From NCBI GenBank assembly GCA_963765495.1, contig CAVXWP010000008.1, positions 672,001 through 736,000 on the forward strand: 64,000 bases of DNA. Direction: 5' to 3'. The first letter of the stretch is position 1, and each line of letters begins with the position of its first letter. The DNA is from Blastocatellia bacterium (lineage in GTDB: Bacteria > Acidobacteriota > Blastocatellia > UBA7656). The position numbers were made by a program, and so were the translations under genes. This document shows positions 26,409 through 36,168 of the stretch, piece after piece. Below the pieces are notes generated by a model. That model saw only the letters and a list, made by a program, of their open reading frames with translations. It did not search any database and was not told the DNA's origin.

Positions 26409-29069
26409 ATGCTCGGAAGACTTTTTCGTCGGGCGCGCACGCTCGTTCAACGCGACAGGATGGAGCGAGAACTCGATCAGGAGTTGCGCTTTCATATCGA
26501 AATGGAAATAGAGAAGAATATCAGCAGAGGGATGAGCCCGGCTGATGCGCGAATGTTGGCTCTCCGCGCATTCGGCGGGGTAGAAAAATACAAGGATGAA
26601 TGCCGCGATGCGAGAGGAATAAGTATTTTCGAAACTCTCTGGCAGGACATCAGATTCGGCTCTCGCATGTTGATAAAGAATCCGGGGTTCACTCTCGTAG
26701 CCGTCCTCGTACTCGCTCTCGGGATAGGCGCAAATACTGCGATATTCAGCGTCGTCTATGGAGTATTGCTGCGTCCCCTGCCCTACACGGATGGTAGCCG
26801 ACTGGTTGTGCTTCATCAGCAGGCACCCCTGGCAAACGTTGATGATATGGGTTTCTCTGTAAAAGAGATAAACGATTATCAGGAGCAGAATCAATCGCTC
26901 GAAGACCTTGTTGAATACCACTCAATGTCCTTCTTACTGCTTGGACGCGGTGAACCCGACCGTGTGCAGACCGGGGTCGTTTCAACAAATTTCTTTGATG
27001 TTCTTGGAGTAAAGCCACTTCTTGGCAGGACCTTCCTGCCTTCCGACAACGAACACGGTGCGCCGGCGGTTCTTGTGCTCAGTTATGAATACTGGCAGCG
27101 CAGCTTTCACGGCGACGAGTCAATAGTCGGCGAAAGCTTCAAGATGAATGACCGTCCGCACCTGGTCATAGGCGTGCTGCCCTCGGTGCCGCAGTACCCG
27201 GAAGAAAACGATGTTTACATGCCGACATCGGCCTGTCCCACCCGTTCATCCGACCGCATGATAGCCAATCGTCGAGGGCGTATGATGCAGGCATTCGCGC
27301 GTTTGAAACCGGGGGTCAGTGTTGAAGCCGCCCGGACTGATGTCTCAACGATTGCCGGACGGTTGCAGAAAGAGTACCCGGAGTTTTACCCGGAAAACAT
27401 AGGGTTTGGAGCCACTATGGCTCCGCTCAGAGAAGAGTTGACCAAACAGGCGCGGCCCACGCTGCTGATACTGCTTGCGACGGTGAGTATGGTCTTGTTG
27501 CTGGCCTGTGCCAACGTCGCAAATCTTACGCTTGCTCGCCTGATGGGGCGAGAAAAGGAGATGGCTGTTCGGACGGCTCTGGGGGCCGGTCGAGGCCGTT
27601 TGATCAGACAATTGTTGACTGAAAGCACAATGCTCTCACTTGCAGGCGGCGCGCTGGGTCTGTTCTTTGCTGCATGGGGGCTCGATTTGCTGGTGGCATT
27701 TGTCGCGCGTTTTACGACGCGGGCGGCTGAGATACATATTGACGGGTCTGTGTTGCTGTTTACGTTAATCGTCTCGATAGGGACAGGGCTTCTGTTTGGA
27801 CTGGTCCCTGCTTTCACATCCGAGCAAAAGCTGACATCGGCGCTAAAGGAAGGAGGCGGTCGCTCTACGTTTAGCCGCAGCCGCCAGCGATTGAGAAGCC
27901 TGCTGATAGTCTTTCAGGTAGCGATCTCCTTCATGCTATTGATAGGCGCTGGATTGATGGTGCGGAGCCTTGTAAAGCTCCAGCATGTTGATCCGGGCTT
28001 CAAACCTGAAAAGGTGCTGTCGCTGAGAGTAAACGCGAACTGGTCGAAATATACGGAAGATGATCAATACAGAAACTACTACCGCCGATTGCTCGATAAA
28101 ATCGAATCCAGACCCGACGTGCTTTCGGCCGCCGTCTCTTCGTCTTCGCCTCTGAGCAAAGCGGCGCTTACCTATGGCCCATATAATCGCGATTTCCAGA
28201 TTCAGAATGTCCCGCTTGCTGAGGGAGAACTCGCGCCAAAATGTGATTATCAAACGGTCAGTCCGAAGTTCTTCGATACGCTCGGGATACCTCTCATAGA
28301 GGGACGGTTGCTTACGGCTTCGGATAATGCCGAATCGGTTGACGTTGCGGTTATCAATCAGTCGATGGCAAACCATGTGTGGGGCAGCGAAAGCCCTATT
28401 GACAGACGAATCTCGCTCGACAAGGGGGAGCACTGGATACAGATAGTCGGGATTGTTGGGGATGTGAAACGATACGGGCTTGACAGCAAGACAACCGACG
28501 AGATTTATCGTCCGCTTGAGCAGAATCCTAACGGCGGACGCCTGTTAATTCGAACCATCGCCGACCCCACCAGTCTTGCTCGTGAAATACGACAGGCCAT
28601 ACACGAGATTGATTCCGAGACGGCCGTATCGGATATTGTGACGCTTGAGCAGGCAAGAAGCGAATCGCTCGGTTCTCCACGCCTGACGGCTATCCTCCTG
28701 GGTTTGTTTGCCGCGCTTGCGCTCATAATAACGGCAACCGGATTGGCCGGCGTCATGGCTTTGAGCGTCAGACAGCGTTCTCACGAGATAGGGATTCGAA
28801 TGGCTCTGGGCGCATCTCAGGGAAAGGTCTTATGGATGATGCTGCGACAGGGAATGGGTCTGGTCGTGACGGGGCTGGCGCTTGGTCTGACCGGGTCGCT
28901 TGCGCTTGCGCACCTTATGGCCGGGCTTTTATTCGGCATAGAGCCTACCGATTCACTGACATACTTTGCAGTATCGCTCGTACTTGTTCTGGCCGCAACC
29001 ACAGCGTGTCTGGTTCCCGCTCGGCGAGCTACGAGCATTGATCCGATGGTGGCGCTTAGAAGCGAATAA
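26409..29069 (+). CDS. ADOP family duplicated orphan ABC permease
   Basis: Permease prefix ([12 protein letters not shown]), [15 protein letters not shown], duplicated MacB/FtsX units, [27 protein letters not shown]. Confidence 0.93.
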   Translation: MLGRLFRRARTLVQRDRMERELDQELRFHIEMEIEKNISRGMSPADARMLALRAFGGVEKYKDECRDARGISIFETLWQDIRFGSRMLIKNPGFTLVAVLVLALGIGANTAIFSVVYGVLLRPLPYTDGSRLVVLHQQAPLANVDDMGFSVKEINDYQEQNQSLEDLVEYHSMSFLLLGRGEPDRVQTGVVSTNFFDVLGVKPLLGRTFLPSDNEHGAPAVLVLSYEYWQRSFHGDESIVGESFKMNDRPHLVIGVLPSVPQYPEENDVYMPTSACPTRSSDRMIANRRGRMMQAFARLKPGVSVEAARTDVSTIAGRLQKEYPEFYPENIGFGATMAPLREELTKQARPTLLILLATVSMVLLLACANVANLTLARLMGREKEMAVRTALGAGRGRLIRQLLTESTMLSLAGGALGLFFAAWGLDLLVAFVARFTTRAAEIHIDGSVLLFTLIVSIGTGLLFGLVPAFTSEQKLTSALKEGGGRSTFSRSRQRLRSLLIVFQVAISFMLLIGAGLMVRSLVKLQHVDPGFKPEKVLSLRVNANWSKYTEDDQYRNYYRRLLDKIESRPDVLSAAVSSSSPLSKAALTYGPYNRDFQIQNVPLAEGELAPKCDYQTVSPKFFDTLGIPLIEGRLLTASDNAESVDVAVINQSMANHVWGSESPIDRRISLDKGEHWIQIVGIVGDVKRYGLDSKTTDEIYRPLEQNPNGGRLLIRTIADPTSLAREIRQAIHEIDSETAVSDIVTLEQARSESLGSPRLTAILLGLFAALALIITATGLAGVMALSVRQRSHEIGIRMALGASQGKVLWMMLRQGMGLVVTGLALGLTGSLALAHLMAGLLFGIEPTDSLTYFAVSLVLVLAATTACLVPARRATSIDPMVALRSE

Positions 29070-29097
29070 TCTCGCTAAGAGAAGAAGAGGACTGAAT

Positions 29098-29616
29098 ATG
29101 ATTAAGCGTTGTCGATACTTGATCTTTGTGGTGGTCGCGGTCTGGGCAGTAGCGGCTGCCCAGGATAAACCTCATATTTATAACCTCAATCGTGTAAGCG
29201 ATAAGGTTTGGACTGGCGGCCAGGTCTCTGTAGATGGTCTTGACGATCTGAAGAAGGAAGGCGTAAGAGCCATCATCAACCTGCGTCCGCCAGAGGAATA
29301 TGATGGTCAAAATGAAGAGGCCCGAGCCACGGCTCTAGGGCTGAAGTATTTCAATATCCCTGTGAATTTTCGCGAGCCGAAAGAAGACCAGGCTACCGAA
29401 TTCTTAAAGATCACGGATGACATGAAAAACTATCCCGTCTTTATTCACTGCGCGGTAGGCATCAGGGTTGGAGCGTTCTGGATGATTCGACGGGTGCTGC
29501 GGGACGGTTGGACTATTGAGGCAGCCGAGCAGGAAGCGGCTAAGATAGGCCTGCGTCGCACTCCGCACCTGCGCGAGTTCGCCGTAAACTATATCGAGAG
29601 CCACAGAAAAAAATGA
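29098..29616 (+). CDS. Exported DUF442/phosphatase-like (HCxxxxR) protein
   Basis: Signal peptide; TGGQ, AIINLRPPEE, LKYFNIPV, PVFIHCAVGIR motifs. Confidence 0.75.
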   Translation: MIKRCRYLIFVVVAVWAVAAAQDKPHIYNLNRVSDKVWTGGQVSVDGLDDLKKEGVRAIINLRPPEEYDGQNEEARATALGLKYFNIPVNFREPKEDQATEFLKITDDMKNYPVFIHCAVGIRVGAFWMIRRVLRDGWTIEAAEQEAAKIGLRRTPHLREFAVNYIESHRKK

Positions 29617-29740
29617 CCTCCGGCATATGCTCGATGGCCTGATCTTAGAGATGGAAGAACCATTGGCCCGGCAGGGACGCAACTCACGGAAGAAGGCTCT
29701 TCGGTTAATCTCGCGTCTTTACCGGGCCAATTATAAATGT

Positions 29741-29998
29741 CTATTTTCTCGCCTGCATCCTGTTATAGAGCAGGTCAAGCTCTTTTTGCAATTGCATGTA
29801 CTCGGCGTTTATGCGCTCGACATCGCGCCGCTTTTTGACTATTGCCGCGTGACTGCCCGTACGAAGGCTTCTTCTTGCCGGCGTCTGGGTCGCTCGCATA
29901 GCTTCACGATACTCTTTCAGCACCCGCTTTACTTCCTCGGCGCGCTCCTTTACCCGGTGCTCCAGTTCGGCCGCGCGCTTTTTCAAGCTCTTTGGCAC
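29741..29998 (-). CDS. Small basic coiled-coil hypothetical protein
   Basis: AGGAGAGG RBS before GTG; helical heptad composition. Confidence 0.55.
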   Translation of the reverse strand: MPKSLKKRAAELEHRVKERAEEVKRVLKEYREAMRATQTPARRSLRTGSHAAIVKKRRDVERINAEYMQLQKELDLLYNRMQARK

Positions 29999-30350
29999 CT
30001 ATAGAATCCTCTCCTGGGGCTAATTCAGGATACCCGGTGAGGCGTCGGGCAGGATGCGACTACAGGCTGAAGTGACACTTTAACTTTCCTGTTGCAACAG
30101 ACTGATAATTTATGGTATTGTGCGTCGCGTGTGAGGATCTCCGCGCCCTGGTTCCACCCACGGCGCGGAAACTCGGTCGATGGTGCGCGGGAAAGAATCA
30201 CTCTGTAGAGCCTGGCCGGCATCAGAGGTTTTCTTATAGGATGCCGCGCACCATTTTTATACTCTGAACGGGTTCCAGGTGTCAACAAATTAAATCTCGA
30301 AAACACCACGTCTCCTGACCCGACTTTGAGCAGGAAGGTAAGTTCTCACA

Positions 30351-30560
30351 GTGTTTTCAGAAGAAGCCCTCTCGCTTATACTCTATGAAGCCGACCGCAT
30401 AATAGGTGATGCGCAACTGTTGCTCGACAAGGCTCTTGTAACAGGGCAGCAGGACCTTGTTGAAGCGGCGCAAAATAACCTCCGGCAAGTGATAGAAAAC
30501 CGGGACCGCCTCAACAGCGTCTTCGCGCTCAGACCCTCTCTTGCCAAAGCAAACGGCTGA
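30351..30560 (+). CDS. Small hypothetical protein
   Basis: 69 aa helical ORF, GGAAGG upstream, natural amino-acid composition. Confidence 0.45.
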   Translation: MFSEEALSLILYEADRIIGDAQLLLDKALVTGQQDLVEAAQNNLRQVIENRDRLNSVFALRPSLAKANG

Positions 30561-30825
30561 GATAATTCCATAAACAGACCTCTTTGTGGCCGGGAATCAA
30601 ACACCCGAAGATATACCATGCATCAAAACTGCTCATCCGCATCAATTGCCAGGTCTTGATATTTCTTCTTTTAACACCTGCCTTCTTTATGTATTAGCCC
30701 ATTACGGCCCAATCCCGGCTCAGGTACTCGATTGGTACAATGAGTGCATTTCAATCGGTGTTGACGCTTGCCAAAGCTGAAAAAGAGACAGAACACAAAA
30801 TCAAGAATAAACAGAGGTAGAGAAA

Positions 30826-31263
30826 ATGAGGGCTTTGACAACCATTTTTATCCTGATGTGCCTGATAGTTCCAGCACTGGCTGGGAAAGATGATAACCAT
30901 GCGATAGAGGAGACAGGCTCGAAAGCCTGCACGGGTGTGAGCCACGCTCACCAATACAGCGATCTTAGGATTGCCGCCGTCGAGGTTTCAAAAGTGGATG
31001 AATGCGGGTTTAGTTTCGCAGATCTTGAGCAACAGACCGTAGGCCTGGATAATCATCTTGATTTCAGCAGCGATTTCAGAGTTCTTCAGATTGATAAGGG
31101 AGACCAGGGATCGCAAATCATGCAGACTCTCGAAATGAATAAGAAAGTGTTCAAGCGTGGTATTCGAGGGGTCGCCGCATATTGCTCGGCCTGCAAGACG
31201 GTCTTTACCTTCCGTCCATTTGCTCCCGGCGAGGTGACGACTACTTATGCCTCCAATCGATAA
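30826..31263 (+). CDS. Exported hypothetical protein with CxxC
   Basis: Signal peptide (ALA|G), GAGG RBS, CSAC motif. Confidence 0.6.
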   Translation: MRALTTIFILMCLIVPALAGKDDNHAIEETGSKACTGVSHAHQYSDLRIAAVEVSKVDECGFSFADLEQQTVGLDNHLDFSSDFRVLQIDKGDQGSQIMQTLEMNKKVFKRGIRGVAAYCSACKTVFTFRPFAPGEVTTTYASNR

Positions 31264-31365
31264 AGACGGGCACGCCCATCGGCTCGGTTTTTGAATAAGC
31301 CGCAAGCCGTTTGAGCTTGCATCCTCTCGCTGGCAACCTATCGGTAAGGTCTCTATAATTTTAGT

Positions 31366-32706
31366 ATGAAAGATGAAGAGACCAGACCAACGCGCATAAT
31401 CATAATCGGTGCCGGATTCGGAGGACTCTACACGACGCTTGAGCTTGAGAAGGTTCTGAAACGTGTGGAGGGAGTTGAAATCTTTCTTCTCAACGATGAG
31501 AACTTTTTTCTATTCACTCCGATGTTGCCGGAGGCAGGCGCAAGCAGTTTAGGAACCCGCCACATTGTAAGCCCTCTGCGTAAATTGCTAAAGCGGGCTC
31601 ATTTTGCCGAGGTTGCAATCGAGGACATAGATTTCGATTCGCAGGTGGTTTATGCCCGTCATTCGTTGACCGGGCAGACTCGGAAATTTGATTACGACCG
31701 GCTCGTAATCACTCTCGGCGGCGTGACCAATTACTTCAATATCCCCGGCGCAAAAGAGTATTCCCACCCGTTCAAATCCCTCGGCGATGCTATCTATATC
31801 CGCAATCACACGATTGACAAGCTGGAAGAAGCGGCGGTCGAACCCGAGCGAGCCCGTGAACTGCTCACATTCGTAATCGTCGGCGGCGGGCTTACCGGCG
31901 TAGAGGTGGCGGGAGCCTTAAACGACTTTGTGCGGGAGGCGGCTAAATTTTATCCTGAAATAGACCGCAGCCTGATTCGCGTGATGCTGATCGAAGCCCT
32001 GCCTCGCTTGCTGCCTGAAATGAACGAGGCCCTTGCCGCCTTCGCCGAAAAGGTGCTCAATGAGCGAGGCGTCGAGGTTCATACGAGCACAAGCGTGACC
32101 GGCGTCAGCGAAGGCGGGCTCGAGATATCTACGAAAGAGAGTATCTCGACTCAGACGCTAATCTGGGCGGCCGGGGTGGCGCCAAATCCCTTGATTGCCC
32201 ATCTTGATGTGGCAAGGGACAAACGCGGAAGAATACAGGTCAACGAGTATCTGGAAGTCGAGGGCAAACCTAATGTTTGGGCGCTTGGCGACTGCGCCAA
32301 TATACCCGACCCAAAGACCGGCAAACCACGGCCGCCAACAGCACAACACGCTGTAAGGGAAGGCCGACGAGCAGCGCGCAATGTCGCTGCGTCTCTGGGG
32401 TTGGGAGAGCGGGAGCCGTTTGAATACAGAACCATGGGGCAGATGGCCATCGTAGGCGAGCGCACAGGAGTTGCCGATATTATGGGACATCTCTTCTCAG
32501 GCATCATCGCGTGGTTTTTGTGGCGCACTTATTACCTGATGCAGGTTCCACAACTTGAGAAACGTATTCGTGTAGTGCTGGATTGGACGCTCGACCTTTT
32601 CTTTGAGCGTGACCTTGTACAACTTGCTGTATCAAGGGAACGGCGGCTTGTCGCTCCTTCCAAATCCGAAATCTATTCTGCGATGGCGAAGTCCACAGAT
32701 AGATAG
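31366..32706 (+). CDS. ndh: Type II NADH dehydrogenase family FAD oxidoreductase
   Basis: IIGAGFGG, FLFTPMLPE, VGGGLTGVEVAG, IWAAGV, WALGDCA, PPTAQHA motifs. Confidence 0.88.
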   Translation: MKDEETRPTRIIIIGAGFGGLYTTLELEKVLKRVEGVEIFLLNDENFFLFTPMLPEAGASSLGTRHIVSPLRKLLKRAHFAEVAIEDIDFDSQVVYARHSLTGQTRKFDYDRLVITLGGVTNYFNIPGAKEYSHPFKSLGDAIYIRNHTIDKLEEAAVEPERARELLTFVIVGGGLTGVEVAGALNDFVREAAKFYPEIDRSLIRVMLIEALPRLLPEMNEALAAFAEKVLNERGVEVHTSTSVTGVSEGGLEISTKESISTQTLIWAAGVAPNPLIAHLDVARDKRGRIQVNEYLEVEGKPNVWALGDCANIPDPKTGKPRPPTAQHAVREGRRAARNVAASLGLGEREPFEYRTMGQMAIVGERTGVADIMGHLFSGIIAWFLWRTYYLMQVPQLEKRIRVVLDWTLDLFFERDLVQLAVSRERRLVAPSKSEIYSAMAKSTDR

Positions 32707-32743
32707 TAAAAAGCCGTTTTCAGCCCTTTTGAAGCCGCTCAAG

Positions 32744-33151
32744 TCACGCAATCGGCGTCGAGTCTTCACCGGGTCTTACAAGGGTAAGCCGGGTGGTTGG
32801 TGAAGTGATAAGACGCTCGATGCCGGTTGGTTTTTCGATATAGATAAGTACGCGCCTGCCTGTCCTGATTCCTGAAAGATCCGACGTATTCTCCTTGCCT
32901 CGCTCACCTGCCGACTCAATCAGATAGGCATCCACCTGTCGTATGCCCACGGCACCCCCGGTCAGACGGCCAAGCCTGCTGCTCGGATCGGTAACTATAA
33001 AACGATACACACTGTTGGCGGTCTCTATGATGACCCGGTCGTTTGGCATCAAGCTGTCGAATGCAATATGCCCCGCAATATCCCGATTGAAGATTGGGTG
33101 GGACCCGCTTTCGATTCCGCTACTGCATTGCATCGTGTTCATGTCCTTCAT
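32744..33151 (-). CDS. Hypothetical protein
   Basis: 135 aa ORF with beta-rich natural composition (IETANSVYRF...LITSP), AAGGA RBS. Confidence 0.6.
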   Translation of the reverse strand: MKDMNTMQCSSGIESGSHPIFNRDIAGHIAFDSLMPNDRVIIETANSVYRFIVTDPSSRLGRLTGGAVGIRQVDAYLIESAGERGKENTSDLSGIRTGRRVLIYIEKPTGIERLITSPTTRLTLVRPGEDSTPIA

Positions 33152-33458
33152 CCGTCCTTTTCTTGATCCGCCCTACATACCTATAGCCCCGGAGCGAACC
33201 ATTGGGCTCGCTCCGGGGTGCGAAGTGTCTCACCTGTGACAGTCCCCCCATCTGAAACCTAACTGTCGGTAAGACACAGGGCAACTGTTCCGCTCTCAGT
33301 GCCACTCTCTCAAACCAACGCCATTAGACCACGGATCAGAAAAGTTGACATCGGACTACAATCCCTTTTTTTCGGCCATCGCTGACTATTTTTATGATTT
33401 GAAAAATGGGAGGACAGATCCGGTTGATTGGCACAATTGTGCCGCAACCGGGGGGGGA

Positions 33459-34145
33459 TTATTTCTGAGGAGGCGAGGCGAGGTCGTGCCTGTAGGCGTA
33501 GATCATGAGTTCTACGCGGTCAGACAGGTCGAGCTTGCCGAATATCGATGTGAGGTGATGGCGGACGGTTATGTCACTGATGAAGAGACGCTCTGCAATC
33601 TCTTTGTTCTTTAATCCTTCGCCAACAAGCCCGACCACTTCCCGCTCGCGTTTTGTCAGTGTGGTAATCTTCTCCGCCTCGGGGTCGGCTTTCTTGCTTT
33701 TTTTAGAGCGGGAAACCTGATTCAAAACACCAGCCATTGTCGAAGGATCGAGCCACGCATCACCGGAGTGAACTCTCTCGATAGCCTTGATGAGCACCTC
33801 TGCGGCCTTCACTTTTGGAACGAGCCCCATCGCGCCCAGGAGGACGGCCTCTCGATGCGCCTCCGGGTCTCGCGACCCGGTCAGAATTATCACTTTTGGA
33901 GAAGATGGAACAGCCAGCAAATCTGAAATTATTTCCATTCCGTTATCCTCTCCGAGATCCAGGTCGAGAAGGATTATGTCGGGCTGTGCGCTGTTTGCGA
34001 TTGTGAGCGCTTCCTCTCGATTACCCGCTTCACCCGCGATTGCCATCCCCTGCTGGCTTTGAATGATCATCCGCAAGCCTGCCCGTACGACCAGATGGTC
34101 GTCCACAAGCAGAACACTGATCGGTTTCATATTGGCTTCGGGCAT
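33459..34145 (-). CDS. NarL/FixJ family response regulator (REC + LuxR HTH), orphan
   Basis: LLVDDH, PDIILLDL, LTKREREV...GLKNKEIAERLFIS..TVRHHL. Confidence 0.93.
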   Translation of the reverse strand: MPEANMKPISVLLVDDHLVVRAGLRMIIQSQQGMAIAGEAGNREEALTIANSAQPDIILLDLDLGEDNGMEIISDLLAVPSSPKVIILTGSRDPEAHREAVLLGAMGLVPKVKAAEVLIKAIERVHSGDAWLDPSTMAGVLNQVSRSKKSKKADPEAEKITTLTKREREVVGLVGEGLKNKEIAERLFISDITVRHHLTSIFGKLDLSDRVELMIYAYRHDLASPPQK

Positions 34146-34365
34146 TCAACTCCTTCAGAGAGGCGCGGCACTGCTCGGTTCAAGTCGCTTCGGGCCATCC
34201 TGATTTTACTTCAAAGAGCAATTGATGAGCAATTTTTATTCGGAAAGGGAGCAAAATACGCTAAGATTTATCACTATCCAACATGGAAGCCTGGCCGGAA
34301 GACTGTTACTATGATGGACGCCCAGCCTGCAATGCGTCGTGATACCGCCCGCTCAAGGAAAGAAA

Positions 34366-35043
34366 ATGAAAACAATCGTTTTTTTCTCAGTTCTCGTTTT
34401 GATTTGCCTGTGCGTGCAAGCGAATTCTTTACAAACAAGACAGGAAGAGAGCCTTTCCTCTAATGTCCTTGTTCGTCAGGTAACATTAAAGGAACCCTTC
34501 TATCCAACAGCCGGTTCCGCCTTTGTCAGTTCGCTGGCAAGTGCTGGCGTTGCGGGAGGGATAGTCAGGATTCTTGATTGCGGAGAAGAGCCCCGAGATG
34601 GGATGGGATACTTACCCCCATGCTATCTTCAGGAAATGCTCGACAGGATAGTCGGGCTAGCTCCCGATTACCACTGGGAGATTCAAGATGAGGTGGTGAA
34701 TTTCCTGCCAATACAGGATGAACCGCCCTTGCTCAAGGTCCGGGTTAATAGTTTCACACTGAAGGATGCGCCATCAGTAGATGTTGCGCTAAACAAACTC
34801 TATTCGCTTCCGCAGGTGAAAAAGGCGGTCAACGATCTTCAACTGACCTATGGGGTGGTTATTATTTCCAGGTTGAGCACTCCTAATGCCGCCCCTCCGA
34901 AGTACACCATAGAATGCAATGATGTAACGGTGCGCGAAGTCCTCAACGCCATTGCGCGTGCTCACGGTCGAGCCGTCTGGGAATATAAAGAGCGCCGGTG
35001 TAATGGAAAAACTGTGCTCACAATTCAATTCATTGTTCAATAG
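34366..35043 (+). CDS. Exported hypothetical protein
   Basis: Signal peptide MKTIVFFSVLVLICLCVQA; AAGGA RBS. Confidence 0.6.
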   Translation: MKTIVFFSVLVLICLCVQANSLQTRQEESLSSNVLVRQVTLKEPFYPTAGSAFVSSLASAGVAGGIVRILDCGEEPRDGMGYLPPCYLQEMLDRIVGLAPDYHWEIQDEVVNFLPIQDEPPLLKVRVNSFTLKDAPSVDVALNKLYSLPQVKKAVNDLQLTYGVVIISRLSTPNAAPPKYTIECNDVTVREVLNAIARAHGRAVWEYKERRCNGKTVLTIQFIVQ

Positions 35044-35247
35044 TTGGCCGCGAGCCCAATTGCAGATTAATTTAAACGAAAGGCGAGTGGGAATAGGCCG
35101 CATCCGCGTCCGTCCCGGCCTATTTTCAGTTCCCTTCTCTGCATTTTGGAAAACTAAATGGCCCTGCTAACAGGTCTACTCAGATACCTATTAGTGCGCT
35201 TCCTGCTTTCAAAATGCGTCTCTGGCCGTGTAGAATATCTCTCTATT

Positions 35248-36081
35248 ATGGCGGCCACGATAAAGCCCTTTAAGATCGGAGACATTGAGATCGGCAACGG
35301 AGAGTTGTTTCTGATTGCCGGGCCTTGTGTTGTCGAAAGCGAATCGCATGCGCTCAAAATGGCTGCATCCATCCGCGCTGTTACAGATCGGCTCGGCATT
35401 CCCTACATCTATAAATCGTCCTATGACAAGGCCAACCGCACCTCTGTGCATTCGCATCGCGGTCCCGGAATGGAAGAAGCGCTTCAGATACTGGCGCGCG
35501 TGCGAAGGGATGTCGGGCTTCCGATTTTAACGGATGTGCACGATGTGAGTCAGGTTCAAGCCGCCGCCGAGGTTGCCGATGTCTTGCAGATTCCCGCGTT
35601 TCTTTGCCGACAAACAGACCTGATACTCGAAGCGGCCCGCTCAGGCCGGGCTGTAAACATCAAGAAGGGGCAGTTTCTGGCCCCCAACGATATGAAGAAC
35701 GCCATCGAGAAGGCGACATCACAGGGGAATCACTCGGTAATTGTCACCGAGCGCGGCACAAGCTTTGGCTATAACAATCTTGTAGTCGATTTTCGCGGCT
35801 TTCCCATAATGAGGGAATTCGGCTACCCGGTGGTCTATGATGTGACGCACAGTCTTCAGAGGCCGGGAGGGCTCGGAAACAGCAGCGGAGGCGATTCCCA
35901 GTTCATTGAATACATGGCACGCGCAGGCGTGGCCTGCGGAGTGGACGGCGTTTTCATGGAGGTGCATGATAACCCGGCTGAGGCTAAATCGGATGGACCC
36001 AACAGCCTGCCGCTCGAACGCCTCGCCCCCTTGCTTGAAAGGATCAAGGCCATTCACCAGCTTGTGCGAGAAGATTTATAG
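35248..36081 (+). CDS. kdsA: 3-deoxy-D-manno-octulosonate 8-phosphate synthase
   Basis: IAGPCVVES, KSSYDKANRTS, QIPAFLCRQTDL, NIKKGQF, ERG.SFGYNNLVVD, SDGPN. Confidence 0.97.
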   Translation: MAATIKPFKIGDIEIGNGELFLIAGPCVVESESHALKMAASIRAVTDRLGIPYIYKSSYDKANRTSVHSHRGPGMEEALQILARVRRDVGLPILTDVHDVSQVQAAAEVADVLQIPAFLCRQTDLILEAARSGRAVNIKKGQFLAPNDMKNAIEKATSQGNHSVIVTERGTSFGYNNLVVDFRGFPIMREFGYPVVYDVTHSLQRPGGLGNSSGGDSQFIEYMARAGVACGVDGVFMEVHDNPAEAKSDGPNSLPLERLAPLLERIKAIHQLVREDL

Positions 36082-36168
36082 CAGCGCCCGTGCTTGTATC
36101 CTCAATATATTTGTTTGGGCAGCAGTCTTTTTCTGCCCCTAAGCTTTCATCAAGGAATTTTTGCCGTA

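Noticed and set aside
33428-33444. TGGCAC...TGC as a sigma54 promoter
   Set aside because: GG-to-GC spacing is one base short; treated only as a palindrome
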